Source of the DNA: an uncultured Alphaproteobacteria bacterium
GTDB lineage: Bacteria > Pseudomonadota > Alphaproteobacteria > Rhizobiales > Xanthobacteraceae
Reading direction: 5' to 3'
Length of the DNA: 64,000 bases
Assembly: GCA_963765365.1 (NCBI GenBank)
Contig: CAVXWL010000036.1
Span: forward strand, 18,502-82,501
The notes below the pieces were generated by a model that worked only from the letters and a program-made list of their open reading frames with translations, had not been told where the DNA came from and ran no database searches. Each line of letters opens with the position of its first letter. Positions within the stretch are counted from its first letter, which is position 1. Both the position numbers and the translations under genes were made by a program. Shown one piece after another: positions 47,962 through 57,206 of this stretch.

Positions 47962-49566
47962 ATGCTCGATTTTGCACGCGGTATCATCGGTTCGCAACCG
48001 ATCCTGACCGCCTTTCTCGCCATCGGATTGGGCTATCTCGTCGGCCAGATCAGCATCGGCGGATTTTCGCTCGGTGTAGGCGCGGTGCTGTTTGTTGGTC
48101 TTGCGCTTGGCGCATTCGCGCCGAAGGCGCAGATCGTCGGCCCCGATTGGACTGATCGGGCTGATCATGTTCCTCTACGGCGTCGGCATTCTCTATGGCC
48201 GGCAATTCTTCGAGGGTATGACGGGCGTCGAAGGGCGAAAATACAATCTGCTTGCTCTCGTTGCCGTTGCCGTCGGCCTCGCTGTCGCCCTTGGGCTCGG
48301 TCACGTCTTCGGCGTAAAAATCGGTCACACGCTTGGCATTTTTGCCGGTTCGATGACCAGCACCGCCACGCTGCAGGCGGCGCTCGACACGATGAAAAAC
48401 ACCGAGCCGTCGATCGGCTATTCGGTTGCCTATCCCTTTGGCGTCATCGGCCCGATTCTGTGCATGTATTTCATGACGCGCATGGTCCAGCCGAAATTTC
48501 CGCCGAAGGCGCCGCAAATGCATATGGGCGAGATCGCGCTCGGTCCAAATTTTGGTGGCCAGCCGCTCCATGAACTCAGCAAGGACCTTCCGAGCGGCAT
48601 GCAAGTGACGATGGTACGCAAAGGCGGCCAAAACTACCTGCCTTCCGCCGCTTTGCTGCTTGAAGCCGGGGACGCTCTTTTGGTCGTCGCCGAACGGCAG
48701 GACGACATTGCCGCGACCGCGGCGCGTTTGGGCACGCTCGAGCCGGGACGCATCGTCAAGGACCGCGCGGATCTCGACTACATCCGCGTCTTTGTCGGCA
48801 AGGCGAATGTTGTCGGCGTGCCGCTGGCGAAGTTGTCTTTGCCCAGCGGACTTTCCGGTACAGTTGCTTCACGTCAGGCGGTACGACGTCGACCTGGTTC
48901 CTTCGCCGGATTTGACGCTGGAGTTCGGCGATCGGGTCGGCGTTCTGATGCCCCCGGATCGCAAGGAAGAAATCCGGCGCTACTTCGGCGATACCGTGAA
49001 ATCGGCAGCCGAATTCAGCTATGTCTCGCTGGGCGTCGGAATGGTGCTCGGGCGTTTTGATCGGTCTCGTTCCAATTCCGATCCCTGGCGTCGGCACCGT
49101 GACGCTCGGTATCGGCGGCGGTCCGCTGATCGTCGCGCTGATTGCCGGCAAACTCCGCCGAACCGGCCCGCTGCTTTGGGTCATGCCGCTGCCAGCGAAT
49201 ATCGTGCTCCGCAACTTTGGCCTCGCGCTGTTCCTGGCTACGGTCGGGGTCAATGCCGGCCAGCCATTTTTGAAGACGATAACGGAAACCGGATTCACGC
49301 TGTTCTGGATCGGCGTCGCAGTTCTCTTGGCTACGGTCCTGATTGTACTGCTGGTCGGATATTATGTCTTGAAAATCGCCTACGACGACCTGATGGGGAT
49401 CGCTGCCGGCGCCACCGGAAACCCGGCGATCCTGATCTACGGCACGCGCATGGCGCCGACCGAACGTCCCGATGTCGGCTACGCCATGATCTTTCCATCG
49501 ATGACCATCGTTAAAGTGATCGCAGTGCAGATCGTCGGTTTGATGTTTGGGGTCGGCATAAGCTGA
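47962..49566 (+). pseudogene. AAE-family (aspartate:alanine exchanger / YidE-YbjL-like) transporter with 3 frameshifts
   Basis: MLDFARGIIGSQPILTAFLAIGLGYLVGQI.. then frames 1,2,0,1; breaks at C-run 48141-48144, about 48849, and G-run 49050-49052; central TrkA-C-like segment, duplicated membrane halves. Confidence 0.8.
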
Positions 49567-49743
49567 AAGGCGTTTAGATCGCCAGCCATGGACGATCAAT
49601 CGTTGTCTCAAACGGGATGGTCCTTCACAGTTTGCGGTGTGTTCCACTGGTCGAATGTTGGTGGCCGCGGCAGACCCCGCTCTTCGGTTTGCAGGGCTGG
49701 ACCAATTTTCCATCGTCGTAAGAGGACGAACGCAGGCATGTAT

Positions 49744-49757
49744 TTGATTTAGATCAA
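49744..49757. promoter_or_regulatory. FNR/FixK-type box TTGATTTAGATCAA
   Basis: Exact TTGA-N6-TCAA about 125 nt upstream of the ORF starting at 49879. Confidence 0.65.
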
Positions 49758-49878
49758 GGTATCCGATCGCCGCGGCGGTAATTTTTTTGCATTGAGTAAC
49801 TGGCAAATGCGCCTTTTGCCGGTTCCTTCGCTTGTTCTCGTCGGCAACCGACGCGCCAAACTCGACCGGGAGGTAACA

Positions 49879-50112
49879 ATGTTGCGCATGGGTCTGTCTG
49901 CCGTGCTTTGTCTGAGCACAATACTCTCGCTTGCTATCATTTCGCCGGGTAGCGTATCGGCAGCTACCAAGAAAAAGCTGACCTACGAAGAAGCGTGGAT
50001 CTATTGCAAGAACAAGCTCGATAAGGAGAAGGCTTACGGCACAACGCTTCAGGGCAATGAACGCTTCCTGCGCGGTGGCGCGTGTATGAAGCACTTCGGC
50101 TACAATCTGTAA
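49879..50112 (+). CDS. Small secreted Cys-containing protein (77 aa)
   Basis: Start at MLRMGLSAVLCLSTILSLAIISPGSVSA (signal peptide). Confidence 0.45.
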   Translation: MLRMGLSAVLCLSTILSLAIISPGSVSAATKKKLTYEEAWIYCKNKLDKEKAYGTTLQGNERFLRGGACMKHFGYNL

Positions 50113-50273
50113 GTTCCACTCCGCCATTCCCTCTGGCCGCCGGCGTGACGGAAAAGATTTTGCGCGTTGGTGTCGATGACCAATTCGCTCCGATGTTTCG
50201 GGAGCTTGGCGGATTGCGATTGCAGCATCGCCCGTTCGCAGATCCGGTATATGCAGATCAAGGATCGCTCTGA

Positions 50274-50960
50274 ATGGCAACCTTGAGAGAACGGGTTTTG
50301 GCGCTCGGCGGCAAGCTCAATGATCAGTTACTCGTCATCATCACGATTTTGCTGTCGGTGCTGTTATTTTTAGTCGCGCCGCTGGAATCCAACGGGGTAA
50401 TCTCAGGGAGCACTTTCGGATTTATCTTCGGGGCGGCTCTTATACCCGCTGCGTTCCTGGTCTATCGCGAACAACTGGCGGTGGGCGCGATCGGGACTGC
50501 CATTGTGCTTATCATTGTCGCGTCGGAGCTGGAATTCCGGAGATTTTCGCTGCTCGACCAATATCTCGACGCGACAGCATGGCTCATTGCAGGACTTGCG
50601 CTAAGCAGCGTTGTCGCGCGTGCCGTGTTCGCGCCAGGAAGGGTTACGCATCATCGGATCGTCGGTGGTATTCTGCTTTTCCTCAGCATCGGGTTGGTTT
50701 TCGTAGCGATCTTCAGCTTTTTGCTTCTGCTTGCCCCGAATGCATTCACCAATATCGAAGCTCGCCGGGGTGATTTCCCTGTTGGAAGCCTGGTCTATTT
50801 CAGTTTCGTCACACTCACCACCATGGGCTACGGCGATATCGTGCCTGTGCACCCGTACGCCCGCGGTCTGGTCAATATCGAGGCGATTATTGGCCAGCTT
50901 TATCCGGCAACCTTGTTGGCACGGCTGGTGACACTGGAGCTCGCCAGTCACGCCGAATGA
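50274..50960 (+). CDS. Potassium channel (Ion_trans_2 / 2TM-type)
   Basis: Selectivity filter TLTTMGYGD preceded by a pore helix; several TM helices. Confidence 0.8.
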   Translation: MATLRERVLALGGKLNDQLLVIITILLSVLLFLVAPLESNGVISGSTFGFIFGAALIPAAFLVYREQLAVGAIGTAIVLIIVASELEFRRFSLLDQYLDATAWLIAGLALSSVVARAVFAPGRVTHHRIVGGILLFLSIGLVFVAIFSFLLLLAPNAFTNIEARRGDFPVGSLVYFSFVTLTTMGYGDIVPVHPYARGLVNIEAIIGQLYPATLLARLVTLELASHAE

Positions 50961-51035
50961 CGACGCGGGCAAGCTGCTTGGAAGTGGGCGTGTCCGGGGT
51001 TAGCCTCACGGCAGACACTCATGCGGTGAAAAACG

Positions 51036-52055
51036 ATGATGGCAATGCGGCGACGGCGATTCCTCCAGGGGCTGATTTGCGCACCGCTCGTGACGTGGGC
51101 GAATTCCGCTTTGGCGATAGACTTGGCGGATATCAAGGCTCTCAAGCACGGTGAATTCATCTGGCGGCCGGAGTTATCCCCGCGAGGACCTGTCGTCATT
51201 CTGGTTTCTCTGCCGCATCAAATTGTCCACGTATTCAGAAATGGATTGGCCATTGCCGCGTCGACATGCTCAAGCGGAGCACGCGGGCATGCGACGCCGA
51301 CGGGGGTTTTCACGATCCTGCAGAAGCGCAAAGAACACTATTCCAGTACGTATAACAACGCGCCGATGCCGAATATGCAGCGGCTGACTTGGCAGGGCAT
51401 CGCATTACATGCGGGGCACCTGCCGGGGTACCCCGCGTCTCACGGCTGCATCCGGCTGCCGGTCCGGTTCTCCGAATTGCTGTTTTCGGTGACCCAGCAT
51501 GGCACGCCGGTCATCATCGCAGACAATGACTCACCGCATAGCACGGCTTTGGAGGCGGGGCTTATGATGCCACAAGGCGTTGGCGATGCCGCAACAGCCG
51601 CAAAACGCAAGGCGGCGCAATCGGGGAAGCCGAAGGTCGAGCCCGACGAAGTTGTCTCGTCAATTCTGGTATCCGGCGCAGACCGCAAGGCCTATCTCAT
51701 GATTGACGGCGTGCTGACGTTCGAAACGGCGATCAGCGTCGTTGATCCGGCAAAGCCGCTGGGCACTGAATTGTTCTCTCTCATTGGATTTGCCCCTGAT
51801 AAGCACTTTCTGCAATGGACGGCTTTCGGCCTCGGCGGAAGTCCGGATACTGGAGTAGCGGCCGATATCTGGTCGAATTCAGTGCTGTCGCGGATCGACT
51901 ATCTGGATGGTGCAGCGATCTCGCGTATCGAGAGGACGCTTCAACCGGGGACCACGATGGTGATCACCGATTACTCTGCCGGGCCCGCGACCCGTACCGG
52001 ACCGGGCTTCACCGTGATCTCTGAAGACTTCAAAACGGCGGGCAAGCGTCTTTGA
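51036..52055 (+). CDS. L,D-transpeptidase (YkuD) family protein
   Basis: Tat-like signal MRRRRFLQG; catalytic motif HAG..PGYPASHGCIRLP. Confidence 0.85.
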   Translation: MMAMRRRRFLQGLICAPLVTWANSALAIDLADIKALKHGEFIWRPELSPRGPVVILVSLPHQIVHVFRNGLAIAASTCSSGARGHATPTGVFTILQKRKEHYSSTYNNAPMPNMQRLTWQGIALHAGHLPGYPASHGCIRLPVRFSELLFSVTQHGTPVIIADNDSPHSTALEAGLMMPQGVGDAATAAKRKAAQSGKPKVEPDEVVSSILVSGADRKAYLMIDGVLTFETAISVVDPAKPLGTELFSLIGFAPDKHFLQWTAFGLGGSPDTGVAADIWSNSVLSRIDYLDGAAISRIERTLQPGTTMVITDYSAGPATRTGPGFTVISEDFKTAGKRL

Positions 52056-52299
52056 CGGGTAGCTCGCCCGGCTGGGCGGCGATCGAAGAGAGATTCTCAT
52101 TGCCGCGGTGCATGCGTCCCATAATGGCACGCAGCGTCACCTTCGATGAGTGCGCAGTTGGAGGCCGACCGGACAGCGATATGCTAAAGTATGGTCCTCA
52201 GCCTGGGCACGAAGACTTCGAAACGACGCAAGTTCATTAAGCTGTGAAGAGTTCTCGGGCGAGAAAATAGACCTCAGGACGTTACCAAGGAGGATCACG

Positions 52300-52683
52300 A
52301 TGTTTTTCTTACAAGAAGGCTTCACCTATCGAAACTTCCTGATGGATATGGTTTCGGTATTCGCATTCGTCGTGTGGTTCTGGCTGCTCATTGTTATCTA
52401 CGGCGATCTGTTCAGGCGTCACGACATCCCGGGTTGGGGCAAGGCGCTATGGGTGCTGGCGCTGGTCGTAACCTCCTACCTTGGCATTTTTGCTTACCTC
52501 ATCACCCAGGGGAGAGGCATGGCGGAGCGCAACACGCAGCAAGCTCAGCAGGCGCGCGACGAACTGCGGCGCGTCGTCGGGTTTAGTGTCGCAGACGAAA
52601 TTACCAAGCTCGATCAGTTAAAGAAATCCGGATCGATAACCGATGCCGAGTTCGGACATCTTCGCGCCAAGCTGGTTCAGTAG
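52300..52683 (+). CDS. PLDc_N-type small membrane protein with C-terminal SHOCT domain
   Basis: AAGGAGG RBS before ATG at 52300; W.LIVIYGDLFRR..GWGKALWVL pattern and LDQLKKSGSITDAEF..LRAKL (SHOCT). Confidence 0.7.
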   Translation: MFFLQEGFTYRNFLMDMVSVFAFVVWFWLLIVIYGDLFRRHDIPGWGKALWVLALVVTSYLGIFAYLITQGRGMAERNTQQAQQARDELRRVVGFSVADEITKLDQLKKSGSITDAEFGHLRAKLVQ

Positions 52684-52769
52684 GTAGCGGCGTTCTTTTG
52701 TTTGCTGGCTTGGGCCGAGTTGCTGCCTCGTCCTGAGCCTCGGGACAGCCATGCGACGCGACTGGAATT

Positions 52770-53855
52770 ATGCTGATGAGCGGTGATCGGAAGCTTCCAC
52801 CCGGTTCCGAAGAGGCCGCTTCGTCATTCATCGAAGTGGCGATTCGGCTCGGAGCTCTTGCGCTCCTTCTCTACTGGTCTTTGATCCTTCTCCAACCCTT
52901 TATATCGATCGCCATCTGGAGCGCGGTGCTGACGGTTGCGCTTTATCCTGTCTTCGAATGGACGTCGCGTCGGCTTGGCGGCCGGCGCCGGATCGCTGCC
53001 GCGCTGATCACGCTTTTGAGCCTGTTGATTATCATCGGACCGGCGGCATGGCTCGCATTGGGGCTGGTCGACAGTCTCCGGTTGATTTCGCATCGGCTCG
53101 ATCTGGCAAGTCTGACGATACCCCCACCGTCGACCGCGGTAAAAGCCTGGCCGCTGATCGGCGACCCTGTCTATGAATTCTGGGATCTGGCGTCGACAAA
53201 TCTCAGCGCTGCCCTCGCCCAGATCATGCCGCAGCTAAAACCGCTGGGCGGCAGTTTGCTGCGCATCGGAGCGAATACCGGCCTTGGCATAATCACGTTT
53301 CTCGCTTCCGTCGTTGTCGCCGGATTTCTCTTTTCTCCGGCGCCGGCCATCGCCGAAGCGATCAAGAAATTCTCGCTGCGGCTCAATCCGGCGCATGGCG
53401 AAGAGTTTGTCGAGCAGGCCGGCGCAACCATTCGGGCCGTGTCACGCGGCGTTATCGGAATTTCGGTGTTGCAGGCCCTGTTCGCGGGCGTCGGCCTGAT
53501 GGTCGCCGGCATTCCCCAGGCCAGCCTGATTACGTTCGGCGTTCTCGTATTCGGGATCATTCAGATCGGCCCGTCGATCATAGTGATCCCCGTCATCATA
53601 TGGGCCTGGACGATGATGGATCCTTTGCCGGCATTTTTGTTTACGGCCTACATGGTGCCCGTCAATCTGCTGGATAATTTGCTCAAGCCGATCGTGATGG
53701 GGCGGGGATTGAAGACACCGATCCTCGTGATCCTGATCGGCGTGATCGGCGGCACCATCGCTTATGGAATCACGGGCCTTTTCCTTGGACCGATCGTGCT
53801 GGCAGTCATTTGGGAACTGTTTGCTTCATGGATAGATGACAAGAATAAAAGCTGA
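52770..53855 (+). CDS. AI-2E family transporter (PerM/UPF0118)
   Basis: 361 aa, 7-8 TM, typical ..LLDN.LKP..MG..L..P..VI..G..GG.. C-terminal motif. Confidence 0.85.
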   Translation: MLMSGDRKLPPGSEEAASSFIEVAIRLGALALLLYWSLILLQPFISIAIWSAVLTVALYPVFEWTSRRLGGRRRIAAALITLLSLLIIIGPAAWLALGLVDSLRLISHRLDLASLTIPPPSTAVKAWPLIGDPVYEFWDLASTNLSAALAQIMPQLKPLGGSLLRIGANTGLGIITFLASVVVAGFLFSPAPAIAEAIKKFSLRLNPAHGEEFVEQAGATIRAVSRGVIGISVLQALFAGVGLMVAGIPQASLITFGVLVFGIIQIGPSIIVIPVIIWAWTMMDPLPAFLFTAYMVPVNLLDNLLKPIVMGRGLKTPILVILIGVIGGTIAYGITGLFLGPIVLAVIWELFASWIDDKNKS

Positions 53856-54042
53856 CATCACCATCACCTTTACGCGTCGAATGTCGGCTAGCTGCATTTC
53901 AGAGACATTGCGCGATGGCTGAGCTGCGGCCCGTAACCGTGACTAGGCTGAAGGAGGCGATACTGCCGGCCGGGCAGTTCGCAGCCTGATCGTGAAAGGC
54001 GCTCCAGCTTCATTGGCAGAAGGCCTCTCAATCGGGGAAAAG

Positions 54043-54117
54043 TGGTGCCGGGTGAGAGAATTGAACTCCCGACCAACGGTTTACAAAACCGCTGCTCTAC
54101 CGCTGAGCTAACCCGGC
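54043..54117 (-). tRNA. tRNA-Thr (anticodon UGU), CCA encoded
   Basis: Folded by hand: acceptor GCCGGGT/ACCCGGC, D arm GCTC/GAGC, anticodon stem GCGGT/ACCGT with loop TTTGTAA, T arm GGGAG-TTCAATT-CTCTC, discriminator A, CCA. Confidence 0.9.
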
Positions 54118-54303
54118 CTTTTCGTGATTTGGCATTCTTCCGACGCCGCCTTGGCCCATCGTCGATGGTTCGCCTCAACCACGGCGGATTGATAGCAGCG
54201 CCGATACGCTTAGTCACTCTCGTTGCGCTGTCGCCGAGGTTTGGGCTTGGCCGCGACTGGCGCGAAGCGGGGTGTGCCACTGGCGCCGGAAACCGCCGTC
54301 TCC

Positions 54304-54672
54304 TCAGCCCTTGCCAGTCCAGACCGGTGTTCCGCTCTCCCATTGCAGCCGCGGAAAGTAGCTCATGAGGGTGAAGAAATTTGTTTGCTTGAGCGCCTCT
54401 ATTTCTTCCTGCGATTGAACCGGGATCAGCGTGGAGTAGCTCTTGTCGTTGCCGTCATCCCAATCGACCCACTCATACCATTCGTAGAAATAGAGCTGGC
54501 CGCATTCCCGGCATTTATACAAAGTGCGGGTCAAGTGGCTGCTGTCTTCGTAAGTCTCAACTTCTTCGAAAAGTTCAGCGAACTTGCCGGGGAGCCGTTC
54601 CGGATGGTTCCACAGGACGCATTGGGTCGGATGGCCCAAGTGAACAAGCTTGTCCGGTTCCTGTTCGGTCAC
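54304..54672 (-). CDS. Hypothetical protein (122 aa, CxxC, Trp/Tyr/Glu-rich), lower GC than its surroundings
   Basis: Clean ORF; composition visibly more AT-rich; no family recognised. Confidence 0.5.
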   Translation of the reverse strand: MTEQEPDKLVHLGHPTQCVLWNHPERLPGKFAELFEEVETYEDSSHLTRTLYKCRECGQLYFYEWYEWVDWDDGNDKSYSTLIPVQSQEEIEALKQTNFFTLMSYFPRLQWESGTPVWTGKG

Positions 54673-54891
54673 TCAATGCCCCTCCGAGTCCGGTCAATTG
54701 GCTTATTTTGTCACAGTTGCGGGCCCTGCGCGCCCATTTTCCCGTCAGACCATAACGCTAAGACCAGCCTGGAAAATCTGGAAATGCGGACATGGCTTTA
54801 CCCGATCACCGTTTCCTGAATGGCAGGTGAGGCGTTGGGAACTTATCTCAGGAACCGCGCGGTTTCGCGCCTCAAGATCGGAGACCTGACC

Positions 54892-55038
54892 ATGAGTGCG
54901 ATAAAAATCATTCTGGCATTGGCGCTTCTAGCCGGCGCCACGGCGACCGCTTTTGCCAATGCTCCCGGCGGCGCCTACATCCAATGTGATCCGAACAACA
55001 AATCTTCCCCGGTCAGGTGTACCCCGGACGGCTGGTAA
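54892..55038 (+). CDS. Possible small secreted peptide (48 aa)
   Basis: MSAIKIILALALLAGATATAFA signal-like start; weak call. Confidence 0.3.
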   Translation: MSAIKIILALALLAGATATAFANAPGGAYIQCDPNNKSSPVRCTPDGW

Positions 55039-55284
55039 AACAGCGCTCCGACCCGCCGCTTTGCCTTGTGAATTGGTGTGCATTGTCGAAAAATACACGC
55101 GGCTGTCACACGCTTGCGCTGTTCTACATTGAGCCCTTCTGCCGTCGGGTCACAGTCCCCTCTGTGGCCAGTCCCCACTGACGGACGGCGGCGGGGCTCG
55201 CCTCCGTAAGGGGCATTTCTGCGCCGCTACGCCGCAATGTGGCGCTGCTTGCTGGACCACCGCCGGAGATTTAGAATTGCCGGC

Positions 55285-56163
55285 ATGCAGGAAAGATCGG
55301 AAGTAATCGCAGCCGCGTGCGGTTTTGCAGTCGGCGTGCTGGCATTGGCGCTGCCGATTGCCTCGATTGACACCCCGGCCCGCGCGCAATCGGCCGATAT
55401 CGTGCTGTGTGACCGCCTTGCCGCCGATCCGAGCGATCCGGACAAGCCTGCGGGCGTCAAAGGCACCGATACGATTGCCCCGTCCGATGTCGCCACTGCG
55501 ATAAAATTTTGCCGGGTCGCGGCGGCGGCGAAGGCCCCGGCCACCGCGCGCCGTTCGCTCTATGAGCTCGGCCGCGCCTACGCGGCCGCCGGACAATTAC
55601 CGGACGCCGTCGGCGCCTATCGCAAGGCGGTCGACAAAGGCAGCACCTCGGCGATGGTCGAACTCGGCGTCATGTTCGCCAACGGAACCGGCGTCGCCAA
55701 GGACGACGCCCAGGCGCGGGCGCTGTTCCAGCGCGCCGCCGAGGCCGGCAACCCGCGGGGTGCGACCAACCTTGCAGCCATCTCCGGTAATGGCGGTACG
55801 CCCGCGGATCCGGTCGAGGCGCGGGCTCTGCTGACAAAAGCCGCGGCGACGAATTCCGCCGAGGCCGAGTTTCAGCTCGGATTGATGATGGCCAATGGTA
55901 CCGGCGGACCCAAGGATGATGTTGCCGCGCGGGATTTGTTCGCCAAGGCGGCGGCGCAAAATCATCCCGCCGCGCTGGAATGGCTGGCTTCGTTTGAGGA
56001 AAGCGGGCGAGGGGGCCCGAAGAATAAAGACGCCGCCAAAGCAGACTACGAGAAGGCGGTTGCGCTTGGCGATGACAATGCCAAGGCCGGGCTTGAGCGG
56101 ATGAAATGTCCGCTCGAGCTGACGACCAAACGCGGCGAGCTGTGGACGCGCCTTTGCTTCTAA
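55285..56163 (+). CDS. Sel1-repeat (TPR-like) secreted protein
   Basis: Repeated ..G.GV.KD...A..LF.KAA..G.. units; signal peptide after MQERSE. Confidence 0.8.
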   Translation: MQERSEVIAAACGFAVGVLALALPIASIDTPARAQSADIVLCDRLAADPSDPDKPAGVKGTDTIAPSDVATAIKFCRVAAAAKAPATARRSLYELGRAYAAAGQLPDAVGAYRKAVDKGSTSAMVELGVMFANGTGVAKDDAQARALFQRAAEAGNPRGATNLAAISGNGGTPADPVEARALLTKAAATNSAEAEFQLGLMMANGTGGPKDDVAARDLFAKAAAQNHPAALEWLASFEESGRGGPKNKDAAKADYEKAVALGDDNAKAGLERMKCPLELTTKRGELWTRLCF

Positions 56164-56209
56164 GCGTGATCCGGAAAAGTGGACGCCGGTTTTCCGAAAA
56201 GATCACGCT
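56163..56209. repeat. REP-like nested palindrome AGCGTGATC-CGGAAAA..TTTTCCG-..GATCACGCT between convergent genes
   Basis: Outer 9-bp and inner 7-bp inverted repeats read from the sequence; related copy at 62612-62659. Confidence 0.6.
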
Positions 56210-56230
56210 CGATCAGCCGCCTGATCCGGA

Positions 56231-57028
56231 TCAGGCGTCGTGCATTTCGTGGACCGCGACCGCGCCGCGGCGCCAATAGCCGGCGGCACGCGTCCATTTC
56301 GGGTTGGCGCCGCAATCGGCAATCAATTGGCGGCGCAGCGCCTTGGCGATGAGCGATTCGCAGGCGACCCAGGCGTAGTAATCGCCAACCGGCAATTTCA
56401 ACGTTGCCAGCGTTTGCGCCAGCACGTCGCTGCCGCCGGGCGGTGCGCCGCGGCGATGAGCCCAGGTGATATTCGCGTTCGCGGACGTTTCAAACGCAAG
56501 CTCGTCGCCCGGCCCGTCGACTTCGGCGAGGACAACGACGCGCGTTGCGGCGGGCAGTTCGCCAAGCCGCCGGCCGATGGCCGGTAGTGCGGTTTCGTCG
56601 CCGATCAGGAGATGCCAGTCATAGCTCGTCGGGATAACGAAGGAGCCGCGCGGGCCGCCAAGCGGCAGCGTTTGTCCGGGCTTTGCGCCTTCGGCCCATT
56701 GGGTCGCCGGGCCGGCTTCGTGGATGGCAAAATCGATCTCCAGCGTGTTGGCGGCGCGATCGAAACGGCGCGGCGTGAAATCGCGCCCGATCGCATTGGG
56801 GATGCCGTCGGCATTCGCCGTGCCGTCGGGGAAGAACAGCTTGACGTGATCGTCGAAGCCGAGGCTGGTGAATCCGTCGAGGTCGCCGGTCAGCGTGATG
56901 CGGATCATATGGGCCGCGATCTTTTCAACGGCCTTGATCGTCAGCATGCGGCGGCGCGCCTCGTGGCGCACGCGGCGAGGCATGCGCGGATCAGCATCCT
57001 GCATCGCGGCCGGAGCGGTGATTGACAT
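56231..57028 (-). CDS. Siderophore-interacting (FAD-binding 9 / ViuB-like) protein
   Basis: Start at MSITAP; R.FTPR, LLIGDETALPAI, YAWVA.E motifs. Confidence 0.85.
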   Translation of the reverse strand: MSITAPAAMQDADPRMPRRVRHEARRRMLTIKAVEKIAAHMIRITLTGDLDGFTSLGFDDHVKLFFPDGTANADGIPNAIGRDFTPRRFDRAANTLEIDFAIHEAGPATQWAEGAKPGQTLPLGGPRGSFVIPTSYDWHLLIGDETALPAIGRRLGELPAATRVVVLAEVDGPGDELAFETSANANITWAHRRGAPPGGSDVLAQTLATLKLPVGDYYAWVACESLIAKALRRQLIADCGANPKWTRAAGYWRRGAVAVHEMHDA

Positions 57029-57175
57029 TAGAACAACTCCAACGTTATTGCGGTCAATTCGCTGCAAACTGGTGCCTCGCGCCCCGCTTTGCAAGCATAA
57101 CATTCGCACGTCCATTATGCGCGCACGCCGGGCGCGCTTTTAACTTCAGGCCCGCCGCCCTACATTAGAACAACT
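57025..57175. promoter_or_regulatory. Two copies of a 14-nt direct repeat ACATTAGAACAACT (57025-57038, 57162-57175) in a divergent promoter region
   Basis: Exact duplicate read from the sequence; first copy overlaps the ATG of the 56231-57028 gene, second lies 32 nt before the ATG at 57207. Confidence 0.4.
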
Positions 57176-57206
57176 GGTAACAGCCTTCCTTTGCAGGGTT
57201 CACAAC

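Noticed and set aside
50241-50254. Possible eighth FixK box (TATATGCAGATCAA) upstream of the K+ channel gene
   Set aside because: Only the right half-site ATCAA is present, and the left half is not TTGA.
53856-55284. Genomic island integrated at tRNA-Thr
   Set aside because: No integrase, excisionase, transposase or duplicated tRNA 3' end was found. Only one small lower-GC ORF supports foreign origin.
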